Of a DNA stretch of 62,887 nucleotides, positions 25,395 to 36,119 are shown one piece after another. The DNA is from Aplysia californica (lineage: Eukaryota): contig NW_004797283.1 in NCBI RefSeq assembly GCF_000002075.1, positions 647,929 through 710,815 on the forward strand, written 5' to 3'. The position numbers and the translations under genes are program-made. The notes beneath the pieces are model-generated. The model did no database searches, was not told the DNA's origin, and was given only the letters and a program-made list of their open reading frames with translations. The first letter of the stretch is position 1, and the number at the start of each line of letters is the position of its first letter.

Positions 25395-26617
25395 GTTGTT
25401 GTTGTTGTTGTTTTCAAATCCCTTTAGCTGCGAGCATTTCGCTCTTGGCAGCGCAGTACCTCCCTCAAGTAACCACAAGTCCTTGCCATCTGGTCAACGC
25501 CAGGGTAGAGCAGGCTTTGTAAGTCTGTAGGTGTGTGTTGGAGCCTGCGTCGAAAAACTGCCAGGTTTAGGCAGTGAAGGAGAAGATGTTCAACGGTCTC
25601 CTCGTGGTAGTCACAGTGTCTGCAATGGGGTTCCCACATGGGGTTAATTCTATTTATGTGCTTGTTGGTGTGTAAGTGTCCTGTGCGCGCTCTGAAGATC
25701 AAAGTCTGATCAGCTCTACATAAGAGATTCGATGAGTCTTTGGGGTTTGGTTTGTCCATGTACCCGAAGAGAGATCTTCCTGTTTCTGCGTTGGCCCATC
25801 TGTTTAGCCACTCGTCTTTGGTTTTGGCTTGGATGATCCCTCTACAGGCCTGTAAAGAGGCGGCTGTGTCTGTCTGGGGCAGGCTTGCTCTAGTCTTTGA
25901 TAGCTGGTCTGCAGTTTTTTTCCCTGGTACTCCAGAATGGCCAGGCACCCACTGCAGTGTGACCGGAAGCCATAGGAAGTGCCCATCTGTTTTACAAGGC
26001 TGAGAATGTTCCCGTCACCTCTGTTGTCTCCTCCTCCCTCGGTGGCTTGGAGTACTGACATTGAGTCAGAGAAGACAACAACATCCCCTGGTGTTACTGC
26101 GCCTTCAAAAAAGTCTTGGGTGATCTGCTCCAGGGTCTTTACTATGGCAACTTTCTCTGCATCATAGCTGGAGCTGTATGTTCCACATGGGCCGAATAGT
26201 TGGGTCTGCTTCTTCTCTCCAACTCCAAGGTTGTTTCAATATTTGATGATGGATCCATATGCAGCATTCCATGTAGCGTTTGTTGCTGACCCATCTGTGT
26301 ATGCATGAGTTGGGGTTTCAGCATACGAGTCCACTGTCTCCAGGGCACTAGTTCTGAGGATTTCTTCTGGTGTGGTCTTGTCACAGGAAGGGTCTAGAAG
26401 TCTCGTCCTTATTGTGATTTCTGGTGCCTGCCAATAAGGAGGTTCGCTGCTGATGTTGGTGATTGGTTCTCTGTTCTCGGCGGGGTCAAACTCCTCAAGT
26501 AGTTTTGTTGCTTCTCACATGAAGGAGGTCTTCTGAATGCGTGTTCTTGGTTCCCACTCATCTGCCATTTTTCTGTTTTCGTTCGTGTCTTCTAGTGGCA
26601 CAAATCTTTCGTAAGTT
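25395..26617 (-). mobile_element. 5'-truncated non-LTR retrotransposon with RNase H and C-terminal CCHC knuckle (I/Nimb/Ingi-like group), frameshifted
   Basis: Minus-strand peptides AYTDGSA, SSYDAEK, VVFSDSMSVLQA, WVPGHSGVPG..ADQL, RTGH, CRHC....ETVEHLLLHC; (CAA)n tail at 25395-25412; TSD TTGTGAAGC(A)CAT. Confidence 0.9.
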
Positions 26618-28716
26618 TTGTGAAGCACATAGAGCTATACAAATGCTATCTATTATTATTATTGTTTTTATTAAACTTTGACTACAGTGCATACAGATCC
26701 TTTTATTTATTGTCTGTGTATGTTGTTATGTATACTTCACATATTTGAAGGTATTTCTGCTAGTTAAGCCCAAAAAGTTGTGAAACACAGCTAGATTTCT
26801 ACATTTCACAGAAGAAAATGACCCTTTGAAAATACTTTGTATATTTATCTGTCTTTCGTAAAATTCTAAAAATTCTGTTTTAATTAAAAACAGAAAGCTT
26901 CTGTTTTTCATTACTGCAAAAAATAAACAAGTTCATGATTTAAGACAAGTGTGACAAAGTCTTGGAAGTTTTACATAGCTCAAGAACAAATATTCACTGG
27001 GTTTTTTTTCTAATGTTAAGTTTGAAATATTTCTGCAGGAGTCTGAGCGTCAGCAACAAGAAGTGAAGTTTGAGTGGCAGAGAAAGTACAACGCTCCCCG
27101 TGAGGCGTAAGTTGATTGTTTCCTGTTGTGCTTTGTTATGCAGTTATTATAATGATTTGAATTGTTGCTTAAAGGTTTCCAAAACGTTTTTAATGGGTTT
27201 TTTTTATCTTAAAGAAATTTTGAAGTCGCTTGTCTTGTATATACTTTTAATTTCCTTTCCATTTGCTTATATGATAGAGTACTCTGATGTGGTGTGTGTG
27301 TGTGTGTGGTAGCCTATCCGTTTGAAATGTTTGGAGCCCCGAAGTGCGTGCTCTTCGCCAGTGTCACCGCCTCCCTTGACTCTAATGTGATCTTATCTGT
27401 TTTTAAATTTCCAGAGTTGACAGTTCACTTAAGGACATTGAGGCGTGATAAAGCCATATTTGATGTCTCTGAACAAAAGCGTGTAACATGATTAGTAGTA
27501 TTGACCATTGATCCCCCCTTGCTGACTTCAATTTTACAACGTTTTCTCTGTGTGTTTTCTGCAGATATGCGAAGGATGATGACACTATCAGGGACCAGCC
27601 GTTTGGTATTGAGGTAAAAAACGTGCGCTGCATCAAGTGTCGACAGTGGGGTCACGTGAACACTGACAAAATCTGTCCTCTCTACAGCAGGAACTTGACA
27701 GCAGAACCAGAAATGCGTTAGTAATTGTTTTCATACTTTTGTTTTTCTGTTCCTCTTCAACAGTGTTGCTTATAAATTTTTTTTCCGCCATTGTTATAAA
27801 TTTCTCTTTTGCATTACTTTGTATTCATTTGGTTGTTCATGGGTGCTCCACTTTGGTCGACTTCTGGTTCTCATGTTTCTCTTTTCATTGTTACAAGCTT
27901 CTTTTTTTTGGTTTTCTTAGTGAATTATAAAGTAGGCCTACTCCTTTACTCTCCCTCTGTTTTCTTTTCTTTTGTCCCTCTGTAATTGTTTCGATATGCT
28001 TCTTTGTTCTCTTTCTTCAAACATAAAATGTAATAATTTTCTTATCTACTTTCTATAAGAACTAATCAGCGGAACTTGTACCTATTTTTTCAAGAGTTGA
28101 AAGCCATAGGTGTAAAGCGCAGGTTTTAAAAAAAATTATCGTAGCAATATCTCTCAGGTTGAAAACATTGAAGTTATCCTATTCTTATGACGTGAGACAT
28201 TGTATTGAAGAATGGTATTCAAGTTGATAACTATTGTCATACCAAAATAACTATTATGTGATGTCATGGCTTGAGGACTATTACAGGTCTGCAAAAAGAT
28301 GCATCTCAAACTGTATTCATGATGTCCCACCTGGAGATGGTATTCATTAGTATATCATTATGACGTAGTCATGGCCTACATTCATTCATTTGATACTATT
28401 GGAGGTCACTAACCCTTATATTCTCTTTACTTTGTCACAGCGGAGACCAGCAGCTCTAGTATACTGGATGGCCTACGTGAAGATGGCTTTGCCATCAAGG
28501 ACAGTGTGTTGGGACGTATGATGGGGTCAGAGCCAGAAAGACATGTATGTATATTTCAGATTTTCCCTGGAATGTGTGGAATGTTTGTCTCTCAATGTCT
28601 GCCTAGTTCTGCAGTACTGATCAGTCATTGCTACTGCTGCTGATACATTGCTAGGATTGCAGAGTCTTAACAAAGTGTTAATGGGTGGTGTTCAGTGAAC
28701 ATTGACACTTATTTAA

Positions 28717-28956
28717 CCCTATCCTTACGTCGTGTTTTACTATCATATCCATATGACGTGGGGAACTCTGTGCCACCTCTTTTCAAAGAGGAAATTTACT
28801 CGGTAATCCGATTTGTACGCTTTGCTTAGCAGTCTGTCAAAATGATTTTTTGAGAAGTACTGGAAGTTTCAAAGAGATCTTCGGACAAGAAGTATTCTAA
28901 AATGTGAACAATACAACCCCTGGGGTACAAAATGACCCCAGGGCATACGGATAGGG
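28717..28956. mobile_element. piggyBac-like MITE
   Basis: TTAA|CCCTATCC ... GGATAGGG; absent from copy B intron 6; right TTAA degraded. Confidence 0.5.
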
Positions 28957-31833
28957 GAAACAAATTCTTCCTGCTTTCATTTTTTGGGGCTTTTTTGGTT
29001 AAAATTCCCCTTGAGGCTGTACCATAAAAAGAAATTCAATGTTTCATGATTGTGGTAGAGCATTCAAATTTTTCACTTCACTATTGCTTAGCTAAGGGAG
29101 CCTTGTGTAACAGTCACAGGCCTGTAATATTTAGATTCCCTTTATTGAGACACATTTGCTATTTTGCTATTCTCTCTTTCTGCTTTATTTAAGCGGAGTA
29201 CAAGGTCATATTCTACTCAAATAGAAACAGGCGAATATAATGGCTTAAAAAAAAAGAAGTAACATCTGACTCTTTTGTTAAACAGCACAAGATCTAGGCT
29301 CAAGAAGATGAGGAGGATCCAGAAGTGAAGTTCTTCAAGTCCCTTTCACTCAAACAGAAGAAGAAACTGTTGAAGTAAGTGATTAGCTTTCTTTGTGCAA
29401 GTTTGTATTGTTTCAGCCACTAGCTTCTGGGCTTTCACTGTTTGGCTGAGTGCCACCAAGTGGTAGGAAAAGATGTGGCGCAATTTTTTTGTTCTCCATC
29501 AGCATTGTTATGGTATGGCTCTGTGAGAAGAAGTTGATTTTTTAATGTTTCTTTTATCTTAGGGCAAAGACAACAAATTGATGATATTCAGTAGTGTTCG
29601 ATGGGTGTACACACATATGGATGTAAGAGATTATAATAGAGATGTAGGCTACTTTTTTTTAACAATGGCCCACAGTGGTACTGTGGGCACCAGAGCTTCA
29701 GGTTATTAAGTAGTGTCCTCGCATTAATCAGTATCAGAATGTGGGGAAGAGTCTCAGGTTATTCTTGTTTTTGGTGGACAATTTAATACAGAGGAGTTTG
29801 CTTCATCGGAACTCTGCAGGGTTGCCAGATTTTCTTCTGTTTAGCCAAGTTTTCGGTTTAGAGAAGTTGTTTAAATAGAATTTTAAAAAATTCAGGCTTT
29901 TATTTTCTTCCGGTTTACCGCTGTTTTATGATTAACCATGTTTGGTTTAAGCAGACTTCACTGTGTGTGTAGTTGAGTGACCAAGTGATGTAGGATTGTC
30001 AGCAGTAACTGTTGTAGAATTCGCACCAATAGAAATAACAGCAATTGTGGCAGTTGTGGTTGAGCTTTGATTGCAGCAATAGTATCAGAAAGAGAAGTAA
30101 CAGAAGCAATACTGTAGGTATGTTGTTATTCAGAACATTTTCTTAAATTCCAGACTGAAATCTCGGATGCTTAAAAAACTTTCTGGTAGTTTTTTATATT
30201 ATGTTGAATTGTGCCTTCTTTTATCTTTGTGCTATTAGTCTGCCTTTTAAGGTGCCACCAAAAAGTACAGGAGCTCTCTCCACCTTTTTTGTGTAGTGGT
30301 GTATTCATCTTTCAGAGCGATAGGGGATTAGTAGGTTTGCTAATGTGACTTGTTAATTCTTCTACTTATCATCTTTGTATCAGGCCATACATCGACTGCT
30401 CCGTGTAAAACTCTGTCATATTTCACTTATCAATATAATGACATGGCAAAGTCTGACACTAAGTAGTCGATGTGTGTTCAGTCTCATTTCCATAATGTTG
30501 ACGGAATTATATTTTTTGTACTGTGGTGTGAAATCTCTTTGTGTAATGTATGTACTGAAGACTGGAAGAAGTTTAATATTTTGCTACTGTGAACAGACGC
30601 ATAATCACTCTTCCTTTTAGTAGAACAAATGAACCAATGATTCTTAATTTTTTAGTTGTGTTTGCAGTTTACACTGGTCATTTTGAAATGAATGTAAAAT
30701 GTGCTGCTCACATATTTTACTTACAGTATGATTTTTGTTTTTGTTTTGATTCAGGAAGCTGAACAAGCTTCAGTCTTCCTCTGATAAAGAGAAGAAAAAG
30801 AAGAACAAGAAAGGGAAATCACAGTCTTACAGCAGCGACTCTTCAGGTATGTTAAAAGTCTGCCTGGGGGTTATAGACCACATGTTGTGGGCTCTTTTGG
30901 CAAGTTCTTGTGTGACAACAGGAAAACTTTTTTAAAGTCCAGCCAATGGAAGTATTAAGTTTACAGTGTGTGATAATTGAAATGGTACAGGTTTACTGCC
31001 CTTTCAAGCATGGTTAGGATGAAGCAAGACCTTCTTTCTAGGGTTGGGCACTCCTCCCACAGCTCACATTCGAGAATGCCCTATTGGACATTTGAATCTA
31101 GGTGTCCCTCCCAACAGTCCAACATGATACAGTATTCTCCGCCTAAACTCATGGTGCTTGGGAGGACTCCTTAGCATACATTTACATAGAGCGTGCATCT
31201 ATGTGAATCTGTGCAAAGAGGGAAAGGGTTGCATCCATCTCTTTTCTTTGATGTTTTAGTGATTACCGTTACCTTCTTTTTTTTAGGGGGGGGGGGGGCT
31301 TTCACCAATAATGAGTGGTGGAAAAGAACTATAAGACTGACTCACTGTGATGATGTACACTAACATGTCCGGAACAAATAAGAGAAAACCGTTAGTGATG
31401 GTGATAGTCATAAGGAAGAATGCTCAGCCACTGGGCTTCCCAGGCGGCCACTCCTGTCTACCAGTCATATTTATTGCAACACTGTAAATCCTTGGATAGC
31501 ATCAGACATTCTGACTTTTCTCTAGTGATTAGTTGGCTTGTCCCGTCCTTTGTGTCTGTAGGGTGCGAACATGATGTCCATCACTTTTATTGTACTGCTC
31601 GAGCCACAGCCTATTCATTGTCTAGACTTGTCTTTGTTATCAGGATTCACGCTCTCTAGATTGTTCCCAAAATTTCCCATTGTCAAGCTTTACCTGTCAG
31701 TGGGTTTGTATGTTTTTTCTTCCAAGTGAGCTGCAAGTGTACCATTATTAACAGAGGAATAGTTTAGTTTTCTGACATGTGTTTGCGTTGGTTTTTCCTC
31801 AAGGCAAGTGTGATATTTCTCTTTTGAAAGATG

Positions 31834-32620
31834 CAGTAGAACATGACTATAGCAGCACCCGCTGCAGCAGGACCATTCCTACTGCAGGACCTTACCGGAA
31901 TCCCCTTTTTTCTCCATGTAAACTCAATTACCTGTGCTCAGGTTTAGCGGGGCAAGGAATGACCCAAACTTGGATACAGCGGGAGAGAAAGAAAAATCTC
32001 TAGCTGGGGTGAAGGGGTTTGGGGGGGGGGGGGCTGTAAGGCGGGCTCTGAACAGGCAGTCAGTGGTGTGGTGTTGTAATTGGCCAGTCCAGTGATTAGT
32101 GAGGTGGGGCAGGCAGCAGAGAGAGATGGTGCAGAGAGACGCGTTTCTTGAGCCACTCCAAAAGTGACGTGCTGTAGCTTAGACACACTGTATGAGAGCG
32201 TACAGGCCATAGCCCTAGGTCTATGCTAGGCTAAAACATAAAAGAAGAGGAGAGCGTGTAGTGTGTGGTTCCCGATTCATTGAATTGCAATTGTTGGTGC
32301 TCATAGGCATACGCACGCATCCACTGTAGGCCAACTGGTACGATAGACAGTACAAGGAACGAGACCGAGGAAGAGATGGCTTCCAAGAAAGACAAAAGGA
32401 AATGCTTCCCACTCGAATTAAAAGCCGAGATAATGAACAAAGTTGAGAAGAAAAGGAAGACTAATCTAAAGCGCAAATTTTATTAATATGGAAGGGAGGG
32501 AATCATGTGGATTAAATTTTTTTTTAGGTAATTTCCCCTTTGCATTCCTATAACGGGAACTTGCCTGCAGCTGGATTTTTCTTCTGGAACCAAATGTCCT
32601 GCTATAGCCGTATTCTACTG
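31834..32620 (+). mobile_element. Tigger/pogo internal-deletion derivative
   Basis: TIR CAGTAGAACATGACTATAGCAG ... CTGCTATAGCCGTATTCTACTG|TA; remnant start MASKKDKRKCFPLELKAEIMNKVEK at 32376 resembles the CENP-B N-terminal/Psq HTH of pogo transposases. Confidence 0.75.
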
Positions 32621-33180
32621 TACAGCCTTGGTTGAAGGGTGCTATTTGTTGGTCATTCTTCTATACTTTTCCTTTTTTGTTTCTGTCTCTCTGTCTTACT
32701 TTTTCACAGCACTAGATGACTATTATTATGTCATATGCTTCTCTTTACTCAAACAAAACAATTGTGTTGCTTTTAAAATGCAAGCACTTATCTTACTAAA
32801 TCCCTACTGTCCTCTTATCTTTTTCAGATGGTCGCCGGTACGAAAGGCCACATTTCACAAAGTGAAGAAGTCGCAACGGTCGTCTTACCAACACAAGAAG
32901 AGAGAGGGAAGGGACTCAGAGGAAGAGGACGAGGAGTTGAAGAGAAAGCAAAGACAAGACCACCGGGAGGAGAAAAGAGAGAAACACTCGCGTGGAGGCA
33001 GTTGTGACAGCTGCAAGACCAAGGAGAGAACTAACCAGAGACACAGGTTCCCACATCATGACAGTAGAAAGAGGAGACATGACAGAGACTGATGGTTGAT
33101 TCCTAGTAGTTGTCATCAGTTGATTTTTTAGAGGAAGGAGGGTATATTGGTCGTGGTAAAATATCAGGCGAATCAAAAGA

Positions 33181-33956
33181 CCATCATCATCTGGAGCCTT
33201 GCCGACTGGCGTGGGCGATCATGGACCTCCATTTCACTCTGTCTTGCGTTGCAGCAGTGGTGTCTGTTGGTCTTGCTGCTCCTAGCCATGTTGTCATCTT
33301 GTCCAGTATCTTTTCCCTCTGTCTGCCTCTGCCTCCTTTTCCATCTAACTTGCCTGTTGTTACAATATCCAATGCTTCTTTCCGCATTGTGTGTCCGAAG
33401 AAATTTGCCTGTCGCTTTCGTATATTTGTCATAAGCTGTCTTCTGCAATTTGCTTCTTAATTTGTTTTTCTAGCTGTCCATGTGATACGTAGCATGCGTC
33501 TTATGAACCACAACTCTGTCGCGACAATTGTTCTTTCCAGCTGTTTATTGATTGTCCATGCTTCGCACCCATATAATAGGACTGGCTCGATGTAACTTTT
33601 CAGTAATCTTTTTCTTGTTTCCAGTGACAGATTGATGTTTGTGAGTATCTGTTTCATTTTGTGGAAGGTTGCTTTTCCTGGGCAAAGTGGCTTTTAATTT
33701 CGGTATGACATCTCCTATCTGATGATTTAATGGTCCCCAAATATTTAAAATGTTGTACTTGCTTGAGAGTGGTATCATTGATTTTGATGTTGCCTGTAAG
33801 GGTTGCAGTTTTTCTGCTTATCACCATTGTTTCGGTTTTCTTGATGTTTAGGCTTAAGCCCATGTTGACATGTTGTCACTCTCTTGTACCATGACATTTG
33901 ATAAATTCTGTTGGTGTTCTTCATCTTCTGCTATTAGGACTGATGATGATGATGAT
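33181..33956 (-). mobile_element. 5'-truncated RTE-clade LINE in the 3' UTR of CIR1 copy A
   Basis: Peptides GLSLNIKKTETMVI, FKYLG, LLYGCEAWT, RRMLRITWT, FFGHTMR, GKLDGKGGRGRQR, DRVKWRSMI; (ATG)n tail; 43-bp TSD. Confidence 0.92.
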
Positions 33957-34220
33957 GAGGGTATATTGGTAATGGTAAAATATCAGGTGAATCAAAAGAT
34001 AAGAGATGATAAAGATGTGAGGCATCATGGTGAAATCATGTGCTCGTCAAAATAATGAAATTGAAGAAAAAGGCATTTTCCCCCCAGTTTGGTAAGTTTT
34101 GTCAAATTTTTGTTTTGTTGCTCTACACCTTTTATGTCCATATGGAAATCCATTTCCACTCTGTGAGTGGCTGTTTTGTCACACTATGATATATTTTTTA
34201 AAAAATGAGTAATGTGTTGT

Positions 34221-34226
34221 AATAAA
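34221..34226 (+). terminator. Candidate polyadenylation signal AATAAA for CIR1 copy A
   Basis: Lies in a block homologous to 50080-50430. Confidence 0.45.
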
Positions 34227-35429
34227 AAGCATCTGTTTTCATTCAGTTCTTCGTGTTGTTTGTTAAAGATGAAGTTGAATACCTGAGATATTATGTGGTA
34301 ACATGTAGTGTATGCCAAGTGGCGGGTGGGGGGTGGGGGTGGACAAGTGATCTCTGGACGATCTAGGTCCTGGCTCCAAGCAACAACTTATTAATTAATT
34401 CTTTTTATTTATCACTAAACTGTCTTAGATCTCCTCTGCAGTGTTGTGAATTCATATAGAATAATTACATAAATGCATTGGAGCCGTTTTAAAAAAAGTC
34501 ACTTTTTCTCAGTTCAAAAATTGTGAATACAGTCAAAATTGTCTAAGACCCCCNNNNNNNNNNNNNNNNNNNNNNNNNNNNNNNNNNNNNNNNNNNNNNN
34601 NNNNNNNNNNNNNNNNNNNNNNNNNNNNNNNNNNNNNNNNNNNNNNNNNNNNNCAAAAAACCCCCCCCCCTTTTAGGGGGGTATTTTTGAAAAAAAAAAA
34701 GGGGTGGTTTGGGTAGTCTTTTTATATAAAAAAAAAATGAAAAAAAAACCCCATTCCCTTATAACTTATAAGGTCACAACAGGAGGCGGCCACAAGCTTA
34801 GGACGGCTGTAAGGCCTATGAAAATGTTTTGAGTATTTTTATTTTGGAGGGAAGGAAGAAAGGAAGTTTCGTGTCTGCTGTTTGCGTTAAAATTTTAAAA
34901 GTTTATCAGACAAGGAAGATGGTGTGCTCTGCAAAGATAAAAACAAAATGAAATGTGTCTGATAAGGAAAGCCATGTGCCATGATGAAACAATCAAATGG
35001 GGCGCCACAACTCGGCCAGTGAGTGACACTTCTGTTGCAACTTCATGTTGGTGCCCATTGTAACATACTGGGTAAACAGTGTGACTGCTCATCTCACTTC
35101 TAATTTTGTGTGGTCAGAGTTGTTGTGGACCGCCTCCTTCTGCAGCGGCTTAAAATTTGTTACCTACGGGTCAACTTGGGTAAATAGTGAGAAGGACCTA
35201 CATTCCTGGTAATTTGGAGATCTCTTGAGATGTAAACTAAGCAGCTTTGAGTAGTGTGAGACTATTCTATATGAGCTTCCAATGACTAACTATAAGTGTC
35301 TTACTGGAAAAAGTTGAACATTAACAGTAATTGAATAAGAACAGGGGCGGCTCTTGGTTCGTAGAAAGTAGAACTGACCGGCTGTAATTCCCATTGATTA
35401 CCCCCTCCCCTTAAAACCGTACCCCTTAC

Positions 35430-35430
<1 letters not shown>

Positions 35431-35502
<72 letters not shown>

Positions 35503-35583
35503 AGAGTCAGACAGACAATCCATTTTATACCTACCGGTACACCTTTAGGTTTATGTGGTTTTGTGTATGTGTGCGTGTGTATG

Positions 35584-35638
<55 letters not shown>

Positions 35639-35650
35639 GAGAGAGAGAGA
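35431..35650. repeat. (CA)n followed by (GT)n and (GA)n microsatellites
   Basis: (CA)n at 35431-35498 and (GT)n at 35587-35633. Confidence 0.95.
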
Positions 35651-36037
35651 GGGGGGGGGGTGTCAACGTATGAAAAGGTTTTAGTAGAAGAAAATCCACA
35701 CGTTTATAAACTTCAAAACGTTTCAAGACACTGAAATATGGATAGAAAAATGTCTTGATCAACTCAACACGAAACAAGAAACACTACAATAGTATAATAG
35801 AGAAAACAAACTGAAAGTGATAAACATCCACTTCCTAGCCCTGGCTTCTTGTACTACTAGTAGTAGTACTACACCCAAAGACCTACTTTCCATACACCCA
35901 GATATAGTCTCGACGTGCACTTGTAAAGTAAAAATCCGAAACCTGTGTGACGACAAAATGTCAATTGATACCTTACCAATGACGCTGTCCCATGCAGATG
36001 AAGTCTAGAATCGGAATAAATAATAATATACTGTACT

Positions 36038-36039
<2 letters not shown>

Positions 36040-36115
<76 letters not shown>
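36040..36115. repeat. Compound (CA)n(GA)n microsatellite
   Basis: Direct reading. Confidence 0.95.

Positions 36116-36119
<4 letters not shown>

Larger units (their letters stand above)
16805..33092 (+). pseudogene. CIR1: CIR1 tandem paralog, copy A, disrupted (premature stop plus frameshift); at most a truncated protein
   Basis: Exons 16805-16876, 20494-20588, 22685-22763, 27039-27106, 27565-27716, 28441-28544, 29286-29374, 30755-30846, 32828-33092 match copy B in size (exon 8 is 6 nt shorter, exon 9 is 1 nt shorter) and keep GT-AG. TAG at 29295-29297 replaces CTG, giving a 193-aa product with canonical splicing. The 1-nt deletion near 32833 gives TGA at 32863-32865. Confidence 0.85.

Noticed and set aside
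32628-32827. N-terminal part of ORF 32628..33092 (and likewise 49134..49179)
   Set aside because: Intronic read-through upstream of the true exon-9 acceptors.
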